A program made the position numbers and the translations under genes. This document shows, in pieces, positions 21,213-31,541 of a stretch of 64,000 bases of DNA. Source of the stretch: an uncultured Gemmatimonadales bacterium (GTDB taxonomy: Bacteria; Gemmatimonadota; Gemmatimonadetes; Gemmatimonadales; GWC2-71-9); contig CAVUAK010000001.1 in the NCBI GenBank assembly GCA_963739455.1, positions 576,001 through 640,000 of the forward strand, given 5' to 3'. Below the pieces are notes generated by a model. The model did no database searches, was not told the origin of the DNA, and saw only the letters and a program-made list of their open reading frames with translations. How positions within the stretch are numbered: the first letter of the stretch is position 1; every line of letters begins with the position of its first letter.

Positions 21213-23828
21213 CTACGCTCCCCTGATCACGCCTTCGGCCCGCGCGCCGCTGAACGCATCCGCCGCTACATCGCGAATCGCATCTGCCGTAACCGACCGG
21301 TAGCGCGCTGCCGGGTCCTCGAGTTCCTGCAGCCCCTCCCCCGCCAGCCAGGCATCGACAATTTCTCCTACCACGGCGCTGGCGCTCTGGCGCGAGATCT
21401 CCGCCTGGCCCGACAGGTAGTTCACTCCCTCGGACAGTTCCTGGTCGCTGACACGCTCCTCGGCGAAGCGAGTCAGCTCGGTCAGCATCGCCGCGCGCGC
21501 CTCATCCTCGCGCTCCGGTGAGGTGGCGATATAGGTGAGCATCGCACCGCCGTCGCGGCGCGGCCATGCCGTGCCCACCACGGTGTAGGCCAGCGAACGA
21601 CGGTCGCGCAGCGCGTCGAACAACCGACCACCAAGGCCGCTGGCGACCGCCCCCCACACATCGGCCGCGTGACGCTTCGGGTCGCGGCGGTCGGGCCCAG
21701 GGAACGCCATGGCGAACGCAGTCTGTGCCTTCGCGCGGGACGCGACCCGTTGCCAGTCATCCGGACGTGGCTGCACCAGCTGGCGCGCGCGCGGAGGGGC
21801 AGCCGCGCCGCCGGGTGCGTCACCGAATACGCCCGCCACTTCTGCCGCCGCGGTATCGGGATCGAGGTCGCCCACCACGACCAGCACGCCGCGCCGGCCG
21901 GCAAAACTGGTGCGATGCCAGGCGCGCACGTCATCGATGCCAAGCTGTGGAAGTGTGTCCACCGTGCCGCCGACCGGACGGCCATACCCGCGATCACGGA
22001 ACGCCGCGCCGAAGGCCAGCTGGAACGGGTAGCGGAACATGTCGTCCGCCACCTGTCGCGCTTCCTCCATCAACAGCCCTCGCTCCGTGAGCACGTCGAG
22101 TTCGTTGAACGCCGGCTCGAAGGCGGCGAGGCGCAGCAGCGTCGCAGCCCTCCCGAGATTCTCGCTAAGGACCGGCAGGCTCAATCCGGCCCAGTCGATC
22201 CCGGCGCTGGAGCCGAGCGATCCACCCAGGCCTTCCGCGGCGAAGGCGAGCGCCGCGCCGTCCAGCGGACCGGCACCCCGAATGATCGACCGCATCGCGA
22301 GGGCGCCGACTCCGGCCATCTCGGGTGCCTCCGACGCATCGCGCGGCACGTAGTAGCCCAACGTCACCGCGGGCACGCCCGGCTTCCTTCGAATGAGAAC
22401 GTCGAGCCCGCCGAGCGGCACGTGCAGCACCTCGGCGGTGCGCGATCCCTGCACCCGGCGCGGCGTCGGTGTCGCCGGGGCACCCGCCTCCGGTGGTGCG
22501 ATGGTCGTGAGGGCAGCCACCGCGAATGCCGCTGCGAGACGCTCAGGCGTGAGGTCGTCGCCCTCACCATCGGGCAGGTACACCACCGCACTCACGCTCT
22601 CGGGCAGGAGGTAGCGCCGCGCCACGTCTCGCACCTCATCGGCGGTGACGGTGCCCAGCCGTTCGTATTCCTCGTCAAGGAGCTCGATGCGCCCGAGCGC
22701 CTCGGCGCTGGCCAGTGCCGAGGCGCGGCCCTCCATCGATTCATTGCGCCGGGCCCAGCGGGCCTGCAGCAGTGTGCGCGCGCGGTTGAGATCTGTCTCC
22801 CCCGGCCCGAGCAGTGCCAGCCTGCTTGTCGCTGAAGCGATGCCCTCGAGCACCTGGTCCACGCGCGCCGGCTCCAGATCGGCCGAGATGGAGAACACGC
22901 CGACATCTCCCGGGGCATAGTTCGACGCGCCCACACCAGTCACCACTCCCGGCTCGCGCAGGATGCGGTACAGCCAGCTTCCGCGCCCGGCGCTCAGCAC
23001 CGCAGCCGCCACGTCGAGCGGTACGCTGTCAGGGTGCAGCGCATCCACCGTGCGCCATCCCAGCGTCAGTTCGGCGCGCGTCACGTCACCACGCAGCGTG
23101 CGCGCGCGCACCCCCGCGTGGACGGGCTCGGCCGGTGAAGGGTCCACCGCCCCGGGAGCGGCCTTCCAGTCACCGTATGCCGCGCGCAGGACGGCAAGCG
23201 TCTCCTCTACCGGCACGGCGCCGACCACGGAAACGATCGTGCGCTCCGGGACATAGCGCGACCGGTAGTAGCCCGCCACGTCATCACGCGTGTACGCCGA
23301 CAACTGGGCCTCGGTGCCGATCCGCCACCGGCGAATCCGGTGATGATCAAACATCAGTTCGTGCAGCGTCTCGTAGGTCACTGCATCCGGGGTGTCGAGC
23401 TTGCGATTCGCTTCCTGCACAATGACGCGCAGCTCCCGCTCGAGCTCGCCGGCATCGATGAGAGAATGGCGCAGGGCGTCGGCCTGGATATCCACCGCGC
23501 GCGCCAGGGCGGAGGCGGGCAGCACCACGAAATAGCTGGTGCGATCATAGGAGGTGGATGCGTTGAGGTAGCCGCCCGCGGCCTTCGTTTCCCGCGCGAT
23601 CTGTCCGACAGCGCGGGTGGGAGTGCCCTTGAAGAACATGTGCTCGAGAACGTGCGAGATGCCGATCCAGCGATCGGGCTCGTCGAAGAACCCGGCGCGC
23701 ACGTGGGTAATGGCCGCGACGGCCGGTGCCGAGTCGTCGCGCTGCACCAGGAGCGTGAGGCCGTTCGGCAGCACCTCGCGGTGCACGTCGGCGGTCCAGC
23801 GGCGGGGAGGTGTGGCAGTGTTGGTCAT
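21213..23828 (-). CDS. M16 (pitrilysin/PqqL-like) zinc peptidase
   Basis: Inverzincin motif HVLEH (SHVLEHMFFKGT), NASTS.DRT; two-lobed 871-aa protein. Confidence 0.9.
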   Translation of the reverse strand: MTNTATPPRRWTADVHREVLPNGLTLLVQRDDSAPAVAAITHVRAGFFDEPDRWIGISHVLEHMFFKGTPTRAVGQIARETKAAGGYLNASTSYDRTSYFVVLPASALARAVDIQADALRHSLIDAGELERELRVIVQEANRKLDTPDAVTYETLHELMFDHHRIRRWRIGTEAQLSAYTRDDVAGYYRSRYVPERTIVSVVGAVPVEETLAVLRAAYGDWKAAPGAVDPSPAEPVHAGVRARTLRGDVTRAELTLGWRTVDALHPDSVPLDVAAAVLSAGRGSWLYRILREPGVVTGVGASNYAPGDVGVFSISADLEPARVDQVLEGIASATSRLALLGPGETDLNRARTLLQARWARRNESMEGRASALASAEALGRIELLDEEYERLGTVTADEVRDVARRYLLPESVSAVVYLPDGEGDDLTPERLAAAFAVAALTTIAPPEAGAPATPTPRRVQGSRTAEVLHVPLGGLDVLIRRKPGVPAVTLGYYVPRDASEAPEMAGVGALAMRSIIRGAGPLDGAALAFAAEGLGGSLGSSAGIDWAGLSLPVLSENLGRAATLLRLAAFEPAFNELDVLTERGLLMEEARQVADDMFRYPFQLAFGAAFRDRGYGRPVGGTVDTLPQLGIDDVRAWHRTSFAGRRGVLVVVGDLDPDTAAAEVAGVFGDAPGGAAAPPRARQLVQPRPDDWQRVASRAKAQTAFAMAFPGPDRRDPKRHAADVWGAVASGLGGRLFDALRDRRSLAYTVVGTAWPRRDGGAMLTYIATSPEREDEARAAMLTELTRFAEERVSDQELSEGVNYLSGQAEISRQSASAVVGEIVDAWLAGEGLQELEDPAARYRSVTADAIRDVAADAFSGARAEGVIRGA

Positions 23829-23861
23829 GTTGGAAACTTAGTGAGGTCGTGTATTGGAAGC

Positions 23862-23927
23862 GGGAACAGGGAACTGGGAACAGGAAGCGCGGTATGGTTC
23901 CCGCCCCCTGTTCCCTGTTCCCTGTTC
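23862..23927. repeat. inverted heptamer (GGGAACA/TGTTCCC) repeat array
   Basis: gggaacagggaactgggaacagg ... cctgttccctgttccctgttc. Confidence 0.75.
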
Positions 23928-23936
23928 GCGCCGTTC

Positions 23937-25055
23937 CTAGTGCAGGATCCGCAGCACTCCCGCTTCTGAACTTCCGCGGATGAACGCTTCTGCATCTGTC
24001 AGCGGAATGACGATCCCTGTCTCGGTGCGACCGCGCCGGGCCAGGCTGGCCATGAACTCACTCATCGGGGCGTCGGCCCACTCGGGCTCGGCGTCCTTCA
24101 TCTGCAGGAGAATTTCTTCCCAGGTACCGCGGAAGGAATGTCCCGCCAGCGTGGCAACGTGGTGCGCCGCATCGCCGCCGGGGCGCTTCTGCATCGCCTG
24201 AAGCTCCGTGAGCAGCGTGCCGAAGAGCTCGAGCTGGTGCGGGTCGCGCACCGTGCCGTCGGGCTGCTGCGCCTCGATCTCGGCCAGCAGCATGTCGATC
24301 GCGTCGGGTTCGCCCGCCACCTCGCCCAGGCGGCTGTACCACGGCGCCAACTCGAGATCGTCGTCGGGCAGGCGGTAGACCGTCTTCTTGAGCTCGATGC
24401 AGCGCCAGATCCCGAGCTCGTCGTAGTGATCGTCGGGCTCGGTGCGCTCGAGATGGTGCAGTGCCGCCTCGGTCTCGCCCCGGTCGTAGAGCATGTTGGC
24501 GAGGTAGATGCGCGCCTCGGGGTACTGGGGCTCCAGCTCCAGGGCGCGCCGTATCCAGAAGAGCGCACCGGGATCGTTCCCGAGCCGGTGCGACGCGTAG
24601 CCGAGACATGCAGCCGCCTCGGGGGATTCTCCATGCGCCGTGACGGCGAGCTCGAAGTAGCGGTGCGCCTGTGCCAGGAGCCCCTCGCGAAAGCAGGCCC
24701 GCCCGAGCTGCAGCATGAGCTCGAGGTCCTCGCGGAACCCGAGTGCCACAATCCGTTCGTACGCGCGGAGCGCCCCGGCCCGGTCGCCGAGCTTGAGCAG
24801 CGCCTCGCCCAGTCCTGCCAGCGCGTCCTCATTGTCGGGGTCGAGCGCGATGGCGGTTTCGAAACTGCGGCGGGCCCACGCGTAATCCTCGCGGGCGAGA
24901 TGAGCGTATGCGGAGCCGACGTGCAGTTCCACCGCATTGGGATACAGCGAGAGCCCCTCACGCAGCAGCGCGAGCGCTTCCTCGTAGGATCCTTCATTGT
25001 AGAGCTGGTGGGCCTGTTCGTCGAACTCGTCGGAGCTACGGAATGCATCCGACAT
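23937..25055 (-). CDS. tetratricopeptide repeat protein
   Basis: Repeated TPR-like helices (ALALL..GL.LYP, AIALDPDNEDA, ALELEPQYPEA). Confidence 0.8.
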   Translation of the reverse strand: MSDAFRSSDEFDEQAHQLYNEGSYEEALALLREGLSLYPNAVELHVGSAYAHLAREDYAWARRSFETAIALDPDNEDALAGLGEALLKLGDRAGALRAYERIVALGFREDLELMLQLGRACFREGLLAQAHRYFELAVTAHGESPEAAACLGYASHRLGNDPGALFWIRRALELEPQYPEARIYLANMLYDRGETEAALHHLERTEPDDHYDELGIWRCIELKKTVYRLPDDDLELAPWYSRLGEVAGEPDAIDMLLAEIEAQQPDGTVRDPHQLELFGTLLTELQAMQKRPGGDAAHHVATLAGHSFRGTWEEILLQMKDAEPEWADAPMSEFMASLARRGRTETGIVIPLTDAEAFIRGSSEAGVLRILH

Positions 25056-25212
25056 CGGCAGGGGGCCTCCCGTGCGGGTTGGTCAATATTACGGACACCA
25101 GCCCTGTCAGGCAAGAGTTTGGGTCACGACCGTCTCGAAATATCTATCGCCAACGGTGGGAAAGGCTTGCCGCGCCTTGGTCCGGGGCATTGCGGCAAGC
25201 GACTCACCGATT

Positions 25213-25236
25213 ATATTACTGACCGGTCAGTTATAT
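25213..25236. promoter_or_regulatory. palindromic operator, probably of the adjacent TetR regulator
   Basis: ATATTACTGACC|GGTCAGTTATAT: 24 bp with one mismatched pair, 9 nt upstream of the ATG. Confidence 0.7.
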
Positions 25237-25245
25237 GAGGAGCAC

Positions 25246-25902
25246 ATGAACACGGTTGAGACAACACCTTCCCCACGGTGGCAGCGCCGTCCCGACGAGC
25301 GCCCAGACGAAATCCTCGACGCAGCGCTCGAGGTGTTCGGCGCGCAGGGTTTCTCCGGCGCGCGGCTGGAGGACATCGCACGCCGCGCCGGCGTCAGCAA
25401 GGGAACGCTGTACCTCTACTTCGATTCCAAGGAAGCGCTGTTCCGCGCCATGATTCGCGCGCGCATCGTGAGCGTGCTCGAGGAAGGTGAGAAGGAACTG
25501 CTGCACGCCGAGGGCAGCACGCGCACGAAGCTGGAACTGCTGATGCGCCGCATCTGGGCTGTGGTGGGTGATCCCTCGATGGCGAGGATTATCAAGCTGG
25601 TGCATGGGGAGTTGAACAACTTCCCGGAACTCGCGCGCTTCTACTATGAGGAAGTGATCCTGCGGGTGCGCTCCCTCGGTCTCGGCGTGCTGGCCCAGGG
25701 CATCGCCGCCGGCGAGGTGCGGCCGGAGCAGGCGCAGTTCGCCGCGCGCGCCATGCCTTCGCTGCTGGTGATGGGCAGCAAGATGCTCCACTTCTTTGCG
25801 CCCCTCGACCCTGCCCCGCTCACGGCCGACGCGATCCTGTCGGGCACCATCGACCTCGTGCTCAACGGTGTGTTGCCGCGCGACACCGGGACGGGCCGCT
25901 GA
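25246..25902 (+). CDS. TetR/AcrR family transcriptional regulator
   Basis: ILDAALEVF...IARRAGVSKGTLYLYFDSKEALF HTH; GAGGAG RBS. Confidence 0.92.
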   Translation: MNTVETTPSPRWQRRPDERPDEILDAALEVFGAQGFSGARLEDIARRAGVSKGTLYLYFDSKEALFRAMIRARIVSVLEEGEKELLHAEGSTRTKLELLMRRIWAVVGDPSMARIIKLVHGELNNFPELARFYYEEVILRVRSLGLGVLAQGIAAGEVRPEQAQFAARAMPSLLVMGSKMLHFFAPLDPAPLTADAILSGTIDLVLNGVLPRDTGTGR

Positions 25903-25904
25903 TC

Positions 25905-27224
25905 ATGCGCGCGTTTCGCTCGGCCCTGGTCGCATCATTGCTCGCCGCGTCCCCGTTGGTGGCACAGGTGCCAACCCTCGCTGCTCCACAGGGCCCGCTC
26001 ACGCTCGACGAGGCAATGCGCTGGGCATGGCAGCGCGGCGTCGCGGCGTCGGTCGCGCGCCTCAATACCGAGGTTGCCGACGCCCGTGTCGGCCAGCGAC
26101 GCGCCGACCTGCTTCCACAGGTGTCGGGCCTCGTGGACTACTCCCGCCAGACGTTCAACCTTGATGAATTCGGCATTCCGATCGCGACCGGCGTCACCGA
26201 ACCGTTCGATCTCTACCACTTTCGCCTGAACGGATCGCAGACGCTGGTGAACCTCGCCGCCATCAGCAGGGTGCAGTCGGCGTCAGACTCATCGGTCGCT
26301 GCGCGCTTCGATGCCCAGTCGGTCGGCAGCAATGCCGCGGCGGTGGCGGGCGTTGCGTACGTGCGCGTGCTGGGAATCGCCGAGACCATTCGGGCGCGGG
26401 AGGCCGACAGCGCCATCGCGGCCGACCTGCTGGCGCAGGCGCGCCAGCTCTCCGACGCCGGCGTCAGCGCCGCGATCGACGTCACCCGGAACGAGGTGAA
26501 CCTCGCCGCGGTGCGCACGCAGCTGGTCATAACACGGAACCAGCTGGCGCGTGCGCGACTCGACCTGGCGCGCGCCTTGACGCTGCCGCCGGAGACCCCG
26601 TTGCCTCTCGCTGACTCGCTCGGCCAGGAGGATCAGGCGCTGCCCACCGACCAGGACTCGGCGGTGGCGTTCGCGCTCGACCACCGGCCTGAGGTGCTGG
26701 CGGAGCAGCGCCGCACCGAAGCAGTGCGGCTCAGCCGTCGCGCGGTGGGACAGGAGAACCTTCCCAGCGCCGGCATCTCAGGGCAGGTCCAGGAGAGCGG
26801 CCAGCAGACCGACGCGCTCAGTGGCACGTGGGTCGTGCAGGTGGGCGTGTCCATCCCGATCTTCGACGGACTCCGTCGCCAGAAGCGCCGCGCCGAGCAG
26901 AGCGCCCGCTACGACGCGCAGAAGCTGCGGGAATACGACGTGACGCAGCAGGTGGACGCCGAGGCCCGGCAGGTCGTGCTCGACCTCACTGCCGCGCGGG
27001 AGGAGCTCGTCGTTGCGCAGCAGCGTCTGCGCCTCGCCGACCTTGAACTGAAGCAGGCGGACGAGCGCGTCGCCGCCGGCGTGGCCGGCAGCGTCGAGAC
27101 CACGAACGCACAACGCAACCTCGTGGGCGCGCGCGACGCGCTCATCCAGGCCCGGGTTTCCCTGGACATTGCCCGGGTCAATTCATACCGCGCGCTCGGC
27201 GTCATCGTGCCCGCGGGCCAGTGA
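25905..27224 (+). CDS. TolC family outer membrane efflux protein
   Basis: Signal peptide, LTLDEA, two OEP repeats (LLPQVS; VSIPIFDG). Confidence 0.88.
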   Translation: MRAFRSALVASLLAASPLVAQVPTLAAPQGPLTLDEAMRWAWQRGVAASVARLNTEVADARVGQRRADLLPQVSGLVDYSRQTFNLDEFGIPIATGVTEPFDLYHFRLNGSQTLVNLAAISRVQSASDSSVAARFDAQSVGSNAAAVAGVAYVRVLGIAETIRAREADSAIAADLLAQARQLSDAGVSAAIDVTRNEVNLAAVRTQLVITRNQLARARLDLARALTLPPETPLPLADSLGQEDQALPTDQDSAVAFALDHRPEVLAEQRRTEAVRLSRRAVGQENLPSAGISGQVQESGQQTDALSGTWVVQVGVSIPIFDGLRRQKRRAEQSARYDAQKLREYDVTQQVDAEARQVVLDLTAAREELVVAQQRLRLADLELKQADERVAAGVAGSVETTNAQRNLVGARDALIQARVSLDIARVNSYRALGVIVPAGQ

Positions 27225-27254
27225 AGTCACCGTACTTGCACCGCGAGCCTGATC

Positions 27255-28364
27255 ATGACTGACGTACTGACAGACATCCCTCCCGCCGCATCCGCTGGCC
27301 GCGCTTCCGCTGCGGAGGTTCCGGCCACGCGATCCTCGAGGGTGCGACTCGTTGTCATCCTGCTTGTCGCGGCTGCTGGGGCGACCTGGGGAATACGAAC
27401 CTGGCTGGCGAGCAGGCACGTGGTCACCAGCGACAACGCGCAGATTGATGGTCATATCACGCCCATCGCGCCCAAGGTGCAGGCCTTCGTGAGTCGTGTC
27501 CTGGTGGAAGACAACCAGGAAGTGAAGCTGGGTGATACGCTGGTCGTGCTCGACGCGCGCGATCTCGAGCTCCGGCTGCAGCAGGCCCGCGCCGACCTGG
27601 CGTCGGCGCAGGCACAGGCTGGCACCGGTCGCAACGCGGGCCAGGCGGCGGCACAACTCGCCATGATGCAGGCCCAGGCGGCCGGTGCCGAGGGCTCGGT
27701 TGCGGCAGCGGAAGCAGCAGCCCGGAAGGCTGCCGCCGACCTCGAGCGCTATCGCGGCCTGGCGGCGACCAAGGTGATCGCGGCACAGCAGCTGGACGCG
27801 GCGCAGGCAGCGAACGATGCCGCCATCGCGAACCTCGACGTCGCCCGGCGCCAGGCCATTGCCGCGAAGAGCCAGGTGGCGGCGGGCGCGGCCGCACTCA
27901 AGGGGGCCGATGCACGGCTCGCAGCGGCGGCAGCCGCCGTCGGCACCGCCGAGACCCAGGTCGGCTACACCGTCATCACCGCCCCGATCGCTGGCATCGT
28001 GGCGCGACGGCGGGTCGAGCCGGGCGAGCTGGTGCAGCCGGGCCAGGCCCTGCTCTCCGTTGTGCCGTCCACCGACGTGTGGGTCACGGCCAACCTGAAG
28101 GAAACCGAGCTGCAGTTCGTGAAGGTCGGCGACCCGGTCGAGTTCACGGTGGACGCCTATCGCGGCGTCACCTTCAAGGGCACGGTTGAGTCACTCAGCC
28201 CCGCCACGGGAGCGCGCTTTGCCCTGCTGCCGCCCGACAACGCGAGCGGCAACTTCACCAAGGTGGTGCAGCGTGTGCCGGTGCGCATCGCGGTGCCGAC
28301 GGAGGACCCGGCGCATCCGCTGCGGCCCGGCATGTCCGTCGACGTGTCGATCCGGGTGAAGTAG
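27255..28364 (+). CDS. HlyD/EmrA family periplasmic adaptor
   Basis: SDNAQIDG, VWVTANLKETEL, PATGARFALLPPDNASGNFTKVVQRVPV. Confidence 0.92.
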   Translation: MTDVLTDIPPAASAGRASAAEVPATRSSRVRLVVILLVAAAGATWGIRTWLASRHVVTSDNAQIDGHITPIAPKVQAFVSRVLVEDNQEVKLGDTLVVLDARDLELRLQQARADLASAQAQAGTGRNAGQAAAQLAMMQAQAAGAEGSVAAAEAAARKAAADLERYRGLAATKVIAAQQLDAAQAANDAAIANLDVARRQAIAAKSQVAAGAAALKGADARLAAAAAAVGTAETQVGYTVITAPIAGIVARRRVEPGELVQPGQALLSVVPSTDVWVTANLKETELQFVKVGDPVEFTVDAYRGVTFKGTVESLSPATGARFALLPPDNASGNFTKVVQRVPVRIAVPTEDPAHPLRPGMSVDVSIRVK

Positions 28365-28376
28365 CCGGTTCGACGC

Positions 28377-29963
28377 ATGGCCATCGCAGCGCTTCCCCTC
28401 CGGCAGGTACGCTCGGAGGCAGAGGTCTACCGGGTCCGGTACCTCATTGCCTTCGCCGTTACGCTCGCAAGCGTCCTCGAGCTCGTCGACACGAGCATCG
28501 TGAACGTGGCCATTCCCCACATGATGGGGAACCTGGGTGCGACGCTGGAGGAAGTGGCGTGGGTCAGCACCGGCTACATCGTGGCCAACGTCATCATCCT
28601 GCCGCTCACGCCCTGGCTCTCAGCCCGGTTCGGTCGGCGGAACTACTACACCGGCTCCATCATCCTCTTTACTGTCGCCTCCTTCTTCTGCGGCAACGCG
28701 AGGAGCCTCGAGGCGCTGGTCTTCTGGCGGGTCATCCAGGGCATCGGCGGCGGCGCGCTCATCTCGACGGCACAGGCCATCCTGTTCGACGTCTTCCCGC
28801 TCAAGGAACGCGGCACCTCCACGGCGATCTTCGGCATGGGCGTGATGGTGGGCCCTGCCCTGGGCCCGACGCTGGGCGGCTGGATTACCGACAACTATTC
28901 ATGGCCCTGGATCTTTTACATCAATATCCCGCTGGGCATCATCGCAGCCTTCCTCACCTGGTCGTATGTGCCGGAGCCGAGATACAAGGTCAGGGAGGAT
29001 GCGGGGGTCGACTGGCTCGGGCTGCTCTTCCTGATCATGGGTGTCGGTGCGCTGCAGATCCTCCTCGAGCGGGGTGAGTCCAAGGACTGGTTCGAGTCCA
29101 CGGAAATCATCATCGAGACCTGCATCGCGGCATTCGGGATGATCGCCTTCGTCTGGCACGAGCTCACCACCGAGCACCCGATGGTGAACCTGCGCGTGCT
29201 CAAGCGCCGGCAGCTCGCGGTTGGCGTGGTGTTCGCCAGCATCCTCGGGTTTGCCCTCTACTCGAGTGTCTTTGCCCTCCCGGTTTTCCTGCAGAACTAC
29301 CTCGGCTTCAGCGCCTGGGACACCGGCCGCGTCCTCCTGCCCGGCGCCATTGCGACCGCGATCACGATGGCGGTGGCCGGCAAGATGGCGAACAAGGTGG
29401 ACGTGCGACCGATCATCTTCTTCGGCGTGGTCCTGTTCGCTCTCTCGATGCGGCTCCACTCGCACTTCACGCTCGAGACCGGCCAGGTCGACCTGTTGTG
29501 GCCGATGATCCTGCGCGGCATCGGCATGGGACTCATCTTCGTGCCCCTCACCGGCCTCGCCGTGGCCGGCCTGCCGCCCTCCGACATTCCGCAGGGCACC
29601 GGCCTCTACAACCTGAGTCGCCAGCTTGGCGGCAGTTTCGGCATTGCCATCACCGCGACGATCCTGACGCACTTCCGTGAGCAGAGCCGTGAGGCGCTGC
29701 GCGCCCACGTCACCATCTACGACGACGCCACGCGCGGCTGGCTCGACCAGGTGACGCAGCGGATGCTGGCCGAGACCGGCAGCCTCGTGGCGGCGCAGCA
29801 GAAGGCCCAGGCCCTGCTCTCGCGCATGATCGAGGGCCAGGCGGCCGTCATTGCGTTCGAGAAGGTGTTCTTCATCATGGGCGCGGCCTTCCTGCTCGCC
29901 ACGCCACTGCTGCTCCTCTTCAAGACGGGCCGGGTCAGCGGCGGGGGTGGTGCGGCGCACTAG
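28377..29963 (+). CDS. DHA2 family MFS efflux permease (EmrB/QacA)
   Basis: DTSIVNVAIPHM, WVSTGY, GPTLGGWITDNYSWPWIFYINIP. Confidence 0.92.
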   Translation: MAIAALPLRQVRSEAEVYRVRYLIAFAVTLASVLELVDTSIVNVAIPHMMGNLGATLEEVAWVSTGYIVANVIILPLTPWLSARFGRRNYYTGSIILFTVASFFCGNARSLEALVFWRVIQGIGGGALISTAQAILFDVFPLKERGTSTAIFGMGVMVGPALGPTLGGWITDNYSWPWIFYINIPLGIIAAFLTWSYVPEPRYKVREDAGVDWLGLLFLIMGVGALQILLERGESKDWFESTEIIIETCIAAFGMIAFVWHELTTEHPMVNLRVLKRRQLAVGVVFASILGFALYSSVFALPVFLQNYLGFSAWDTGRVLLPGAIATAITMAVAGKMANKVDVRPIIFFGVVLFALSMRLHSHFTLETGQVDLLWPMILRGIGMGLIFVPLTGLAVAGLPPSDIPQGTGLYNLSRQLGGSFGIAITATILTHFREQSREALRAHVTIYDDATRGWLDQVTQRMLAETGSLVAAQQKAQALLSRMIEGQAAVIAFEKVFFIMGAAFLLATPLLLLFKTGRVSGGGGAAH

Positions 29964-30017
29964 GCACCATCGCCGGACCCCGCAGTATCTTCTGACCACC
30001 ATGCACCACCCTCCGGA

Positions 30018-31541
30018 ATGACGTTCCAGCAGAAACTCCTCCTCGGCTTCGGGCTGATGGTGCTCCCCGTGCTGCTGGTGGGCGCTGAGGCGATTCGCAG
30101 CAACGCCCTGGAGCGGCGGGCGCTGGAAACGCTGGGCGAGAGCCTGACCCGGACCCGGACGTATTCCGAGGTCGAGACGGCGATGTTCGACCAGAGTGAA
30201 GTGATCTGGCGCTCGCTGAGCGGCATGGAGCCCCGCGCGCGCCAGGAGTTCAAGCTCTCGAGCGAGGTAGTCGACTACTGGCTGGACCGGTGGGGCAGTG
30301 AGCTGCAGCCCGACGAGCGCGAACTGGCCGATGGTGTTCGCCGTATCGAGGCCGAGATCCGCACCGTCGCCGACAGCGTGTTCGCGCTCGAGGACCTGGA
30401 CAAGCGCGAGGAGGCCTACGCCTTCGCCAAGGGGCAACTCAAGGAGAGGCTGCTTCCGGCCCTCACCGAGATGAACCACCAGATCTACCGGAAGGCGCGC
30501 GAGTTCAGCGTCTCCCGCGCCTTCAGCAAGGTGGCGGAGATCGTGAACAGCGAGCGCACCCTCCTGTTCTGGATCCTGCTGCTTTCGGTGGCGGCCGGGT
30601 TTGCCGGGGCGTGGCTCATCGCCCGAAGCCTCGCGCGCCCGATCGGTGAACTGCGCCAGGCGATGACAGTCGTGGGCAGCGGCGACCTGGACCACCCGAT
30701 CACGCCGCGCTCCGGCGACGAGATCGGTGACTTGGCCCGGAGCTTCCAGCAGATGACGGGCAACCTCCGGCAATCGCGGGCGGAACTCGTGCACGTCAAT
30801 GCTGAACTGGCGGCGAAGATCGGCCAGCTCGAGACCGCCCAGGCGCAGCTGGTGGAACAGGAGAAGCTGGCGTCCGTGGGACAGATGGCCGCGGGTGTGG
30901 CCCACGGACTCCGGAATCCACTGGCGAGCCTCCGCGCGTCGGCACAACTTGCGCTGCGTCACCCCGACTCCCCCGCAGCCCGGGAGTCGCTGGAGTCGAT
31001 GATCAGCGAGGTGGACCGCCTCGACAAGCGCATCACCCACTTGCTTACGTTCTCGCGCCCGGCGCCACTGCACCCGATGCGGGAAAACCTGGCCATGCTC
31101 GTGGCGGGACTCGTGCCCGCGCTCAGCCGCCTGCTGACGGAGCGGGCGGTTACCCTGCGCACCGACCTGCCACAGGACCTGCCCGACACCATGCTCGATC
31201 CGATGAAGGTGGAGCAAACGATGCACGAGCTCATCGCCAACGCCCTCGATGCGATGCCGGGTGGCGGCACACTAGCCCTGTCCGCCCGCGCGAGCGATGA
31301 CCGCGCGAGCGTGCTGGTGGAGATTGCCGACACCGGCAAGGGCATCCCGGATGAGGTACTTCCGTTGGTGACGGATCCCTTCTTCACCACTCGCCCCGAG
31401 GGTACCGGGCTGGGCCTGGCCATCGCGAAGCGTTTCGTGGAACAGAACGGCGGCACGCTCGAGATCAGCAGCGCCGTGGGCCGAGGCACGACCGTTGGCA
31501 TCCGATTCCCCGCGGCCCCGGCCGTGGCGGCCAGCGCATGA
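30018..31541 (+). CDS. HAMP-domain sensor histidine kinase
   Basis: Two TMs around a helical periplasmic domain, HAMP, H-box AHGLRNPL, N-box NALDAM, DTGKGI, FFTT, GTGLGL. Confidence 0.92.
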   Translation: MTFQQKLLLGFGLMVLPVLLVGAEAIRSNALERRALETLGESLTRTRTYSEVETAMFDQSEVIWRSLSGMEPRARQEFKLSSEVVDYWLDRWGSELQPDERELADGVRRIEAEIRTVADSVFALEDLDKREEAYAFAKGQLKERLLPALTEMNHQIYRKAREFSVSRAFSKVAEIVNSERTLLFWILLLSVAAGFAGAWLIARSLARPIGELRQAMTVVGSGDLDHPITPRSGDEIGDLARSFQQMTGNLRQSRAELVHVNAELAAKIGQLETAQAQLVEQEKLASVGQMAAGVAHGLRNPLASLRASAQLALRHPDSPAARESLESMISEVDRLDKRITHLLTFSRPAPLHPMRENLAMLVAGLVPALSRLLTERAVTLRTDLPQDLPDTMLDPMKVEQTMHELIANALDAMPGGGTLALSARASDDRASVLVEIADTGKGIPDEVLPLVTDPFFTTRPEGTGLGLAIAKRFVEQNGGTLEISSAVGRGTTVGIRFPAAPAVAASA

